Source: Haliotis rubra (taxonomy: Eukaryota). Taken from it: a stretch of 64,000 nucleotides of DNA. The number at the start of each line of letters is the position of its first letter. The stretch's first letter is position 1. The position numbers were made by a program, and so were the translations under genes. Where the stretch lies: the NCBI RefSeq assembly GCF_003918875.1, contig NW_025765359.1:620001-684000 (forward strand), in the 5' to 3' direction. Shown piece by piece: positions 25,901-37,900 of the stretch. A model generated the notes under the pieces. It ran no database searches and was not told where the DNA came from. It was given only the letters and a program-made list of their open reading frames with translations.

Positions 25901-28900
25901 CTACTCGTTTCTTAAAGGCTGCCACTGTTTCCTGAGCATACGCATGCATCTTGTAGATGACATTCTGGGTTGTATGGATGAACACTGGATACTGAGTCAG
26001 TTTGAGGTTGACGTGAGTCCTGAGATCCTCCACAGCTGTGACTATTCTTTCTCTGTTTGAAAGTTTATAGTCACCCAAGTACATATCATACACAGAAGCA
26101 TTCGGGACACCGAGTTGTTCCAAGATGGCTTTCACTGATCGTACAGATCTCTTGGATGAAACTTTTAGGATCTCGGTCACATCATCACCCAGTTTGAATT
26201 TCAATGAGACTCCATACAAAACGTCCGGGTCAGCATTTGACAGACTTAAATCCATAGTGATAGCAGGTGTCCTGTATGTTTGTTTCTTAAGTGTTTCAGA
26301 AAAGTCCACCTCTTTGCCGCCTCTGAAGATGCGGATCAGATTCACGGATACTCCAATGATTCCATGCAGTTTTAGAGCAACTGTAGACCATCGGTCAAAC
26401 TGGGACACTTTGACTGTGTGAACTTTGCCTGCATCATCAGTAATTGGCATTTTCTGAACACTCAGTTTGTGGTACAGGCCAATGGTTGATAGTTTCAGCG
26501 TATCATTGTCATCTACTCGGTAGTATCCGAGGCAAGTGCTCCAGTTGACTACCTTCCGCTTGTGGTATAATACTAGAGTGTGTTTGGGTAGATACAGGTC
26601 AAATAGGGCCATGATGTCCGGTGTGTTCTTGGTCACTGTTCGTCGTAACACTGTCCAAATAACATTCATTCCAGTCATACACGGGTCCAGATACAAATGG
26701 TATGTGCTGCCCCAGAAAGTCTCAACATGGACTAACATATCATACAGTATATGCACCATGACAAAGATAGTTGAACTCTTTCCTATCCTATAGTTGAAAA
26801 GGTATTGCCTGTTTTCTAATGGCTGATCCTTGAACAATAAATCAAGTCTCTCCATGGCTAAGCCCCTTTCCTGTTGGAGTCGAAACTTCAACTGAAGAAC
26901 TGTCATAAATAATTCGACCTCCATCTCAAATTTCATGTTCAGCTGTTTGATTTCAATATTGACCTTCACCAACTCTTTTGGCATAATCAAGATGGCTGCC
27001 CCAGATTCCACCTTGTAGAACTGGGAGATGTCCATGGGATGGTTGGTTCCGGGTTTCAGCATCATCAACTTATGGATCCTTTGGTCGTACTGAAGAGTCT
27101 CCTTGGTCAGTCGTAGAATTGTTGACAGGTCATCACTGATGACCGGTGTGTACAGGTTGAGGGTATCTGGGTCTTTGTATGACCACATGACCAACTGCTG
27201 ACCCAGTACACCATCAAGGTCAAGGCCGTCCAACAATGAACTGTGGTACAGCCCGTCATCACTGTCATCATCTCTTTGTATTGCTTCCAGTTTCCTTTGT
27301 CTCTCTCTCCTCTTCTGTAACAAGTAGATTCATTGTTAACACAAGATGTCTAAATAATTGACTAATTGAAGAAACAGAAAATGAGAAGGGTTTCTTTGCA
27401 ATACAATTAACTCAGTTTCACTTTTTAATTTTTAAGCATTTTTTACCTGTCAGTTATTCTTTTGTTGGAAATTAAACAAAGATTGAAACACTTGATATGG
27501 TCTACAGATTAAAGTGTAAATAAAAAAAAATCACTGATATGCAGTTTCGTATAGGACCCAAGTGTTAACAATTTATCTTATACATTACAAAGTATGAGTA
27601 ATTTTGTATGCAGACCACAGAATATTATTGTACACAACCCAGTACAGAATTAAATACAACCCAAATAATGAGTCTTAACTTTCTGAGAAAAATATGAATT
27701 TTGTTTTAAACCAAATCAAACTTTCAAAGTGACTTACCCTCTCTTTCACCCTCCTTCCCCGTGGGTCTCGGAGCTCCAGTGGATTGTCATGATATATTCC
27801 GTACATTCTTGTTCAATCACAGCTGATTTCAGCTCAATGTCTTTCTTTCTAAATCCATAAAATGAAATCTTTTGAGATTATTCCATATCCTCACAACTGA
27901 CACTCACTTTCTCAATGAAATGATTTGAGAAATTGTCGTATGACAAGAAAGTGACTAGCTGTCGGCCATGTTTGCCTGTGTTGCTAATACAAACAGTGAG
28001 GTAGGGCCTGGCCGCACTTAAACTGGGTAGACACAAACATATACCAGCTCCTCACAGTCACCTAGCTGTCATTTCACCAGTGTGACGCTTCACTGCACCG
28101 ATCACTTTATCTTGATTTCAATACCAATAACGGAAAGCAAGCACACGTTTCAATGGCCTATTGACTTGGGGAGAATTGACACTGACGTAGGCTCACAAGT
28201 ATTTGCTTTGTTGGCGTTGCAATGAAAAGGTCATATGATCTTGTATATTAATGTACAAGCATTACTGCAACACAACGTGAATATATCTCCATTGGCTCGT
28301 CAGTGTGAGAGAAATATAGCTATTATCTTGTATAAGCCTATAGTGTGTAGTATGTTTAAGCTGTAAGATACACTGATCATTCATAGAGAAAGTCACATTA
28401 AAAATATAGGCAGCCATCGATAAAGGTTGCAATACTAACTATTTATATCAAATATTGCATTTATATCAATAATAAATTATTTATTATTCATATTTGTTAA
28501 AATAATATTGATGATTCATTTTCAAATTTTGACGATATATGTTACATGTTGATTATTATTAGTGTTTTTTAAATGAAAGTTTATGAAACTATTCATTGTA
28601 CTGATTTTCTGAGTCAGTCATTCAGTCAATGATTATTATTGATTATTTTTGATCCACTGATAAATATATCTTTGCTAATAAATATGATTGAAAATGGCCT
28701 GATGTAGCTATACAGGTAGAAAATGGTGAGATTATTGCACTTATGATCCTTTATCAATCTGAAGTTTTAACTGAAAATGTTCTGAAATTATATTTAAAAA
28801 TTCAATTATTTAACTAGAAAAACAAAGAATCAAAGAAATTGCTAAAAAAATATTTTACAAAATTAGGAATACATTTGAATACATTATGAAAATTACTGTG

Positions 28901-31900
28901 TATATGTTGAAACCAAGTTTATGTTCTATCTATAAGTTAATCTTCATAATTCACAAAAAATCAACATCAAAACCCATAATCATTGTCTTTCATATGTTGT
29001 GTTTAAGTAATTCATCTCAAGTAAAACTACAAGTTCCCACAACCATATGTCATCCTGTATTTAATATGTAACATGTTTGTTTTTCAGTACACCCCTGGTA
29101 TCTACGAGATCCAGAGGCGAGAAAACAGATGTATTCTCAAGTTCCCAGATGCTCAGTCCGACTTGGAGGGAGAGTACACTTGCCGTTGTGGAGACGCTAT
29201 CACTAGCTGCGATCTCTATGTGGAAGGTAAACTCTCATTGAGAAAGGCATCCTCAATTGTTTCCACTCTCTTAAAAAAACATCCATTTTTTTATTATGGG
29301 GCCAAGACTCAGGAACACATGAATTGACTTAGACCAGATCAGACTAAAAGACAATTATGATTTTGCTTTTGGATAGACTTATTTGATTTTTGTATTTACT
29401 AATTTTTGACGCATAATTCAGGTTAGTGATTCAAAGTAAATAAAATTATAATTTGAAAAGTGACTGAAAGTCAATAATGAAATGTCTTTCCGATAGACTT
29501 ATTTGTATTTTGATTTACCAATTTTTGTCCCAAACTTCAGGTAGTGGTTCAAAACAAATAAAATTACAATTTAAAATATGAAATATTGTCCTCTTAATTA
29601 GAAATAGGTAGAAGAAATTTCTGTTTTAAAGTTTTAAAGAAAAGTTTTGATATTTAGTTTTTATTGATAGTAAGAGTGAATGAGTTCTAATATTTGACAT
29701 TTTTCTGATAGGAATAAAACCCCAATATTTTGTATTAATGTTTTTCATTCCAATTTGTATTTTTGGAGTCAGTAGATTAGGAATGTATGTTCAATATGTA
29801 AATATCTGAAATATGTAAATATTAATATGATCATCGTATCAGAACCTGAGTGGGAGTTCATGAAGAAGCTGGAGGATGTAGAGGCTGTTGAACGTGAAAA
29901 GGCCATCTTCACATGCGATGTCAGCGACCCAGAGGCTGAAGTCAGCTGGTTCAAGGATGAGAAGGTAAGAGTTATCCCCCTTTCTCGCAAGGACATCTTT
30001 AATTACTTCAATAGGTTTCTTTGAGGTGCAAGGTCAGTTTTATTGTTTTCGTAAGATCTTTTCTGAGCCCATGGACCCTAACTCCCTCATGTGCTCCAGT
30101 GTAAATGCTAAACCTCAACACAGCAATATTTCATTCACTTCACAAATGAATATGCTCCATGTTTTAACAGCAATATAGCCATTGTCAACAGGTTGGTTAC
30201 TGGAGGTCCAACTCTATCCTGCTCTGAATTGTAAATGGGATTTTAAATATTTTAAAATAATACGGAAATTTAAATCTCACCTTGCACCTTTAATAATTTT
30301 CTACATGCAATTATAACCTGTCATCGATATTATTGAAACCTATCTGTGATATTTCATGATTATTTAATGTCACATCCTGCTGACATACACCAGACTCCTG
30401 GGCCTAGATTTTCGAAGCTTTCTTAGCGCTAAGATAGTCGTAAGTGCCATACATTAACATTAACTTATGACTATCTTAGCGCTAAGAGAGCTTTGAAAAT
30501 CTAGGCCCTGGTACTGAACCCTGAAGTAATATCTAACAAATAACACACCATGTAAAATTCAAAGTACTAAATCCTGTTCACTTGTATTAAAATATTAACA
30601 CATATTGTAACGTAACACATAATTGTCTGCATTATTTATGTTAAATTTGGATTTTTCATTTGAACTGAGTTATAATGTAGTGATTGTTGTACTTATTGTT
30701 TTATATTGTTGTGTTTGTTGTTGTACTAATTTTGTATTGTTGACTTAACGCCTAACAGACAGAGACTGGTGAAATTGTTACCATCAAGCTTAACACCGAG
30801 GAGGTATACCTGTAGTAACTTAGCTAAATTGTTTCAACTGAATAGTATAGTCTTTCCCACCTACTAGCACCCCATAACATTATCTCATACTCCCTATATC
30901 ATACATTGTTACATTTTGTACATAGCACCCTGTAGCACCCCATAATATCATCTCATAATATCTATACAATACTTTGTTACATCTTGTATATAGCACCCTA
31001 TACCACATACTAGGGCTGGCTATCTGAGGTGAGGTGAGGTGAAATTGGGTTTTACGTCGTGCTTGAGAATATTTCGCTCATATGACGACATGCATGCGTG
31101 TGTATGTGTATGTGCGGCTGCTTGTACTAGCCCAGACTTAAGCTGGTTTTATAGTGCTAGCCCACTGAGATACCATGCCGCTGTGAAGCATGAATACCCC
31201 CTTAGACACATTATACTGACTCCGAGCCAACCAGTCCTTGTTGTACCCATTAATGCCAAGCGCCAGGCAAGGACCAACAAGTACCATATTTTAACGTCTT
31301 TTGGTATGACGCAGTCGGGGATCGAACCCGCGACCTTCCGCTCTCCGGGCTGGCTATCTGAAGCTCACAGAGATCGAAAAGTATTATCTAAGTATCTATC
31401 GATTATTCTAAAGTGCCAGAGAAGTAAATTTGATAAAAACAGGAAAATATTCCCAAAGAAATCAAGATATTTTACACCATGGGTTAGTGATATGTTTATA
31501 TATATTCATGAGTTACCGATACCAACGAGCACAAGCATCCTGAACACACCGCAGAAGCAGCCTTTGAATAATATAAGATATAATGTGTGCACATTAAATC
31601 TTTATTTCATCTCAACAGTTTAAGTATGATATTATCATTGAAACAATTTCATGTTGATAATTGTTGCTAATTCTTTTCCATGGACCATATTTCTGATTAT
31701 CAAACCCTTTAGCCAGCCATGTCATATTCTCATCTCCATTATTACAACTTGTACCCTTTTTTTATTATACAGTAATGTTGATGTCATAGTCATGGTGAAA
31801 TCTCAGATACTATACCCAGAGACCATATAATACCCAAGAAAACTAAATCGTCTTGGGTAACCATGACATTATTTGTTTTAGATATGTCAATTTTTTTCTG

Positions 31901-34900
31901 AAGCTTTAAATACAGGTAATCAGTTTACTGAGATTCCACTATGACTTCACTATAGTATCAGTTCCTTTAGTCCTTCATTTTCCTTTCCTTTTCCTATCAC
32001 CATTAGTGGTATGCACTATTTGTAACTCTCCCCTATGTATGAGGATTACCTCCCTTTCCTAGTATCATTCATGGTGGTTCAATAAATGTGTGTTGATACA
32101 TTAAAGTTTGCCGAAAGAAAACTTAATATTTATGAACTAAAATACACATGTGAAATCCTAGAAAAGGAGTTCTCTCCCTTTTGAAATTCATATTTTGAAA
32201 AACAAATTTACAATTTGAAAAAGACAAAAATTATGCTCTTTGTGGCCCTAATGTTGCCACAAGATCATAAATTGGCACTTGTAAGCCTGTGTATATTATG
32301 TAGGTCTAATTTCCCAAGTACAGTTTAATTCTTACTGCATGTCAGTTTCTATATAATTCTTAACTTTAAAATTATGTTTCAGTTTCATATGTTCAGTTTT
32401 AATGACATTAACACAATCATTAATAAAGATTTACTTAATCTAACAGTACACTGCACGTTTCAGTTCTCTACTGTAAATTAACCAATCAATGATGCTGAAA
32501 AATTGAAGGTAGGTGTTTTACATACCTTTAACTTAGAGCTGACATTGACTTTTTTAATTTGACCTTCAGGAACTTAAAGCAGGTGGTAAATTCCTGTTTG
32601 AGAAGGATGGCTTGAAGCGCCGTCTGGTTGTGAAGAACTGCAGTATCAAGGACGATGCCAAATACAGCTGTCATATGCTCAACCAGTCCACATCAGCTGA
32701 TCTGTTTGTGTCTCGTAAGTGATTGTTTTAAGTGCTGTAAAGGATAATTGTACAATGCGCAATGTTGTTCAGTGCTCACATCATTGACGACTAGATTTTA
32801 TTGTTCAGGTTTGATGAGAGAGCTTCACAGCACCATCCTGGGCAAGAATCATACTTTAGAGAAAATTCTGTCCTCTTCCTTTTTGTCTTTTTTTCTTTGT
32901 TTGTTTGTTTTTGTCAAAATGTCATTGCAACTCATTGCATATAGTACTTCCCCTTTCCTGCAAGATCATTTATGATCATCTGTATGTGGTAAAATTTTAC
33001 CTCTGTCTCAATGCTTTCTTCCCTTTGGAGCTAGCAGGCCAGGGTAGGATTGATGTTTCTGGTCAATACAATGTTAACCTTAAGTCTGTATTCTTAGCTG
33101 ATGTCCGCTTCATGAAGAAGTTGGAGAACAAGACCGTGAAGGAGGGCGAGAACCTGGTCCTGGAATGCAAGGCAGCCAACCCTCACAAACACCCTGTCAA
33201 GTGGTTCAAGAATGGACAACCTATTGGAGATGATGTTAGGTCAGTATCAGAGTTGTCTGCCCTCTTTTCAGAGTTATCTCCCTTCAGTTAATGGAACGTA
33301 GGGTCATAGAAGAGAGAGAATTGATTTCTAAATTTGAATTTTAAATAGATGTTAACAGTTTTATATTTGTGCCCAAATATGGTCAATAAAGAATGTAAAA
33401 TACCAATAAACCTAATTTTGAAGCTTTGAGAAAGAATTTTGAAATTGAAAATAAGTGACATTCTCTAAGTAACAAAGCAGGGTTACTGATGTATTTTCTC
33501 ACTCGTCAGGATCGACATCACACAGAAGGGAGAATCCTTCAAGCTGACCATCAAGGGAGCCAAGCCAACAGATGAAGCTGAATACAAGCTTCAGATTGGT
33601 GAACGACCAACCAAGTCTCAGGTCACCGTTCAAGAACGTGAGTAGCAGAATGACTGAAATAACGAATGCAAAGGAATCATGTGGGCAGGAAACACATGTC
33701 TCATTCAGGGGCAATGGGGTAGTCTAGTGGTCAAAGCGTTCGCTCGTCATGCCAAGGACCAGGGTTCGATTGCCCAGATGGATACAATTTGTGAAGCCCA
33801 TTTCTGGTGTCCCCCGCCACGATCTTGCTGGAATATTGCTAAAAGTCGCCTTAAACGAAATTCATTCACTGGTTTAGTTGGCCCTAATGAAAAATAAGGT
33901 GAGAAGGGAAAAACATCACGAGACGCATTGTATTTACTCTAGCCGAATAAAAGTCATTTACCCACTCAGTCTGTCACTCAGTCAGTGTTCCATTCAGCTT
34001 GAATATTGGTCACATACAAACATAATTTAAGTCATTGTACATGGTGACAGCTAGGCTGGTGATAGTCATAGTGTAAATTTGACATCCACGTGGGACTATG
34101 ATCCATGTATTTGTGTCTTACAGAGCCCAAGCCTCCCAAGATTGACCCTAGTGCTATTCCCAAGGAGATCTTTGTGAAGAAAGGAGAAAGGATTGAACTT
34201 GACATTCCTTTCGTTGGTGAGTAGTGATGAGAGTACTGTAACATTGGTTATTGTCAGGAAAGTCAGCTAGGTGCTGCTTACGGCCACCATCAGTTTTGGA
34301 ACTCCTGGATCTTCACAGGGGTGCCACACTTCTCTTGATAGAGTTATACTCCAGATTGTTCCAAATTCTGAAATAATTGACCATTATTGTCTTTCAGTGG
34401 AGCTCCTAAAAACATAACTTTCTAACTAAAATTCAACTATTTCCCAGGCGCCCCTCTTCCAAGAGCACAATGGGCAAAGGATGGCCAGCCTCTTAGTGAA
34501 GCTGACCTTGACATTGAGACATCTAAGGCCACACCAAACTGATCATCCCAGATGCCCAGAGAACTGATACCGGAACATATGAGCTGTCCTTGACCAACGA
34601 GGCTGGTTCCGACAAGATCCCAGTCAAGATAACTGTTATGGGTAAATATATTCTATTTATTGACGTCATCCCCAAACTGTCAACTCATGAGACACATTAC
34701 TAAAACTGTTTCTTAAAGTTGATGGAAGTGACTTAAAGTCCATTAACCTAACTGACCCATGAATTTTTCATACTAAATGTGTCTTGCATTCTTCAGACAA
34801 GCCTGGCAAACCCAAAGGACCCCTGGATGTGACAGACATCTATGCCGATCGCTGTGCCCTGTTGTGGGACAAACCAAAAGATGATGGTGGCGCTCCTATC

Positions 34901-37900
34901 ACTCACTACTTGGTTGAGAAGATGGACTCTGCTACTGGTAAAATATTTGCTTTTGTGTTTGGTGTTGCTCTTACTTTACATACAAGAACAGAGGTCACAT
35001 ATGTACTTAGCGTACATTAGCAATTCCATTTTCCTTGATAGCAAAATGTATTTCATGCAAGAGTATCATCATCTTATTTCACCATCTTGAACCAACACAA
35101 AAGTAATGGTTGTCTATAGTCATGAATTTATTTGGCAGATTTTCTTAATTATACTTCCTGTCGGTTATCGTATGTCTTATTGACTTCAGGCAAATGGGAG
35201 CCAGTCTGTGAGACAGATGACCTTGAAGTTGATGTCAGTGACCTGACACCAGGTCACAAGTATCAGTTCCGTGTGGCCGCTGTCAACTCGGAAGGCGTCA
35301 GTGAATATTTACCATCAGACGGAGAAATCCTTGCCAAGGATCCATGGGGTATGTCCTTGATTGTTTTCAATGTCATTTTCCTGCTGAACAGATGGAGTAA
35401 TCTAAGATATACTCACTATCTCTGCAGGTGATCCAGTTTATCATCATGTTTAATACCAACATCCAAATGCACAAATCTCATTCATGGTGTTGCAAGAGCG
35501 ATGCTGTCGACATATTTATTCACACTGTATCAACATCTGCATCTATCTCTTCCAGATCCTTCCGATCCACCAGGAACTCCAGAAATCATTGATTACGACA
35601 AGGACTATGCCGAAATCAAGTTCGACCCACCCAAGAAAGATGGTGGCGCCCCCATCCAGAGTTACGCAGTTGAATACAGAGAGAAGGGAACAGAGGAATG
35701 GAAGAAGGTAAGTCCAACAGGGATGAAGCAAAGCTAGTTCATGAAGTCGAAGAAGAGTCACGTCAGGAACTCTCAGAAATCACTTCAGTTCTGATCCAAA
35801 TTGAAATGCACTAAAATGCAACTGTCCTGTCATGTTGTCCTCTATTGCCACAGGGTACTGACGTTCCCGGTTCAGCTGACACCGCAACTGTCGATGGCCT
35901 TAAGGAAGGCAAAGAATACGAGTTCCGAGTCAAGGCTAAGAACAAGGCCGGACTATCGGAGGGCAGTGAGTGCTCCGGACCTGTGGTCCTCAAGTCAAGG
36001 AGAGGTACTGCTGTTGCTGTTGTAGCTCTTATATCCTTTACATTTTCACATCTTATATCCTTTACAGCTCACACCTTATATCCTTTACATTTTCACACCT
36101 TATATCCTTTACAGTTCACACCTTATATCCTTTACATTTTCACACCTTATATCCTTTACAGTTCACACCTTATATCCTTTACAGTTCACACCTTATATCC
36201 TTTACAGTTCACACCTTATATCCTTTACAGTTCACACCTTATATCCTTTACAGTTCACACCTTATATTTACAGTTCACAAAATACCTGGGTTTTCAGAAT
36301 ATTGAGGTTATACTGATTTAATATGTATAATTGATGAACAAATTGTAGTTAAGTACATACTGCATGTTTTACCTTGACTCAGAAAAACAGTCACATTCTT
36401 TGAAAATTTAAAATTTAAAATCACTTCAAGGCATTAAAAGAAACTCAAATGCCACATAAAGATACACAATAACCACAATCAACAAATGCTTGTCTCTATA
36501 CTGTTTTGCGTTTCCTTGCAGTTAAGCCCGTATCAACCACCAGGATGTCACCAAGAAGATTCAGATTAAGGCCGGGCAGCCCTTCTCTATCCCTGTCACC
36601 TATATTGGCGAACCAGCACCCAAGGCAACATGGACTGTCAAGGGACTGGTACGTTTCTGCTGACATTAGAATCTTTCTGCAGAACCATGACAATACGATA
36701 TGACCTTCTGGATGAAACAACCTTTTGTCACGTTTGTTTCAACATTATTGTCCACTAACAAAATTATTTCCTGGCAATATTTTTACAATATTTTATATTT
36801 AATGTCCCAACTCATACAATGAAGAATCAAGATTTAACAACATTGATTTATGTGATTTATTGATTTATTCAAGCGATAAAGAAATATAGAAAATAAATAA
36901 ACAAGAATCCACATCAAAACAAATATGAATATATTTATTCAAGCAGTTATACAAAAGTATTTGTAATCCAGACGGCATATCGGCTTGTGATGGTTGAATG
37001 TTTCTGACAACACGCTTGATGCCCTTTCTGCAACTGCAGTGGACGTGTGTTGCCTACTGTTTTCCTATCTAAATATTTTGTTCTGTAAACGTGTTCCACG
37101 ATATAAGCCTGTATGGCCTATATATTCTGTTTTGTGTTGGAAACTTGTGTTTCCGTGTCTCATACATGTGCTATATATGTTTCCCTCCTTTCATGTTGAC
37201 AGAAGTGTCTGAATGCTGTTTTCAAAAATTTGACATTATATCACAGCATGTTAGAATATTGGGGGAGAAAGGTTATGTGATTAATACCATAGACGCTTAC
37301 CATTTGGAAATCTGCTCAATTCACTTTTTTAATTGAAAAATAATGTAAAATTCATGTTTTAAGAAACCATTACTATTTTGAGATTTGGCAACCTCGCTTT
37401 TGGAACCATTAAGGTAATTCTGCTTCACTTTTTTGAAAAGTTGTAAATTTTCATAAACAGGAATGGGAATATATTTTTTATTTTTGTAAAACTTTGAACT
37501 GTTGAAAGAACCTTGAGCATTTAAATTTTCCTGTTGCTTATATGGTATTGTTCAGTGATCAACCCATATATGTTTCCTGTGGGGTGGGCACTGGGTGTAC
37601 TTGTGACCACTGGGTGTATTCGTGACCACTGGGTGTATTCGTGACCACTGGGTGTATTCGTGACCACACAGAGTGTACTTGTGAGCACACAGTGAGTATT
37701 TGTGAGCGCACAGTGTGTTTGTGACCACAGATCACAGAAACTATTTTACCTGTCTTTTAATCATTGCTTCAAATCCCATCTTTTCATGCTGAATGTTCCA
37801 TCACGTTGTGTTGAAAATGTCCTGATTTCATGCTGGATATCTCATCTATCTGTGCCTTTTTGCCCAACAGGATGAACCGGTAAGTGTGGCTGTAACGTGT

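Noticed and set aside
27315-27323. TTG start of the 740-aa ORF
   Set aside because: TTGTTACAG is the splice acceptor; an in-frame upstream ATG exon exists at 27806-27738
31039-31623. 194-aa ORF and similar ORFs at 9120-9477, 23274-23667 and 61999-62455
   Set aside because: Chance frames through family B SINE copies
32464-32508. 45-nt exon-like segment (ttcag ... AAG|gtaggt) before the Ig10 C-half exon
   Set aside because: In-frame TAA in the required phase 0 and only ~60 nt from the next acceptor
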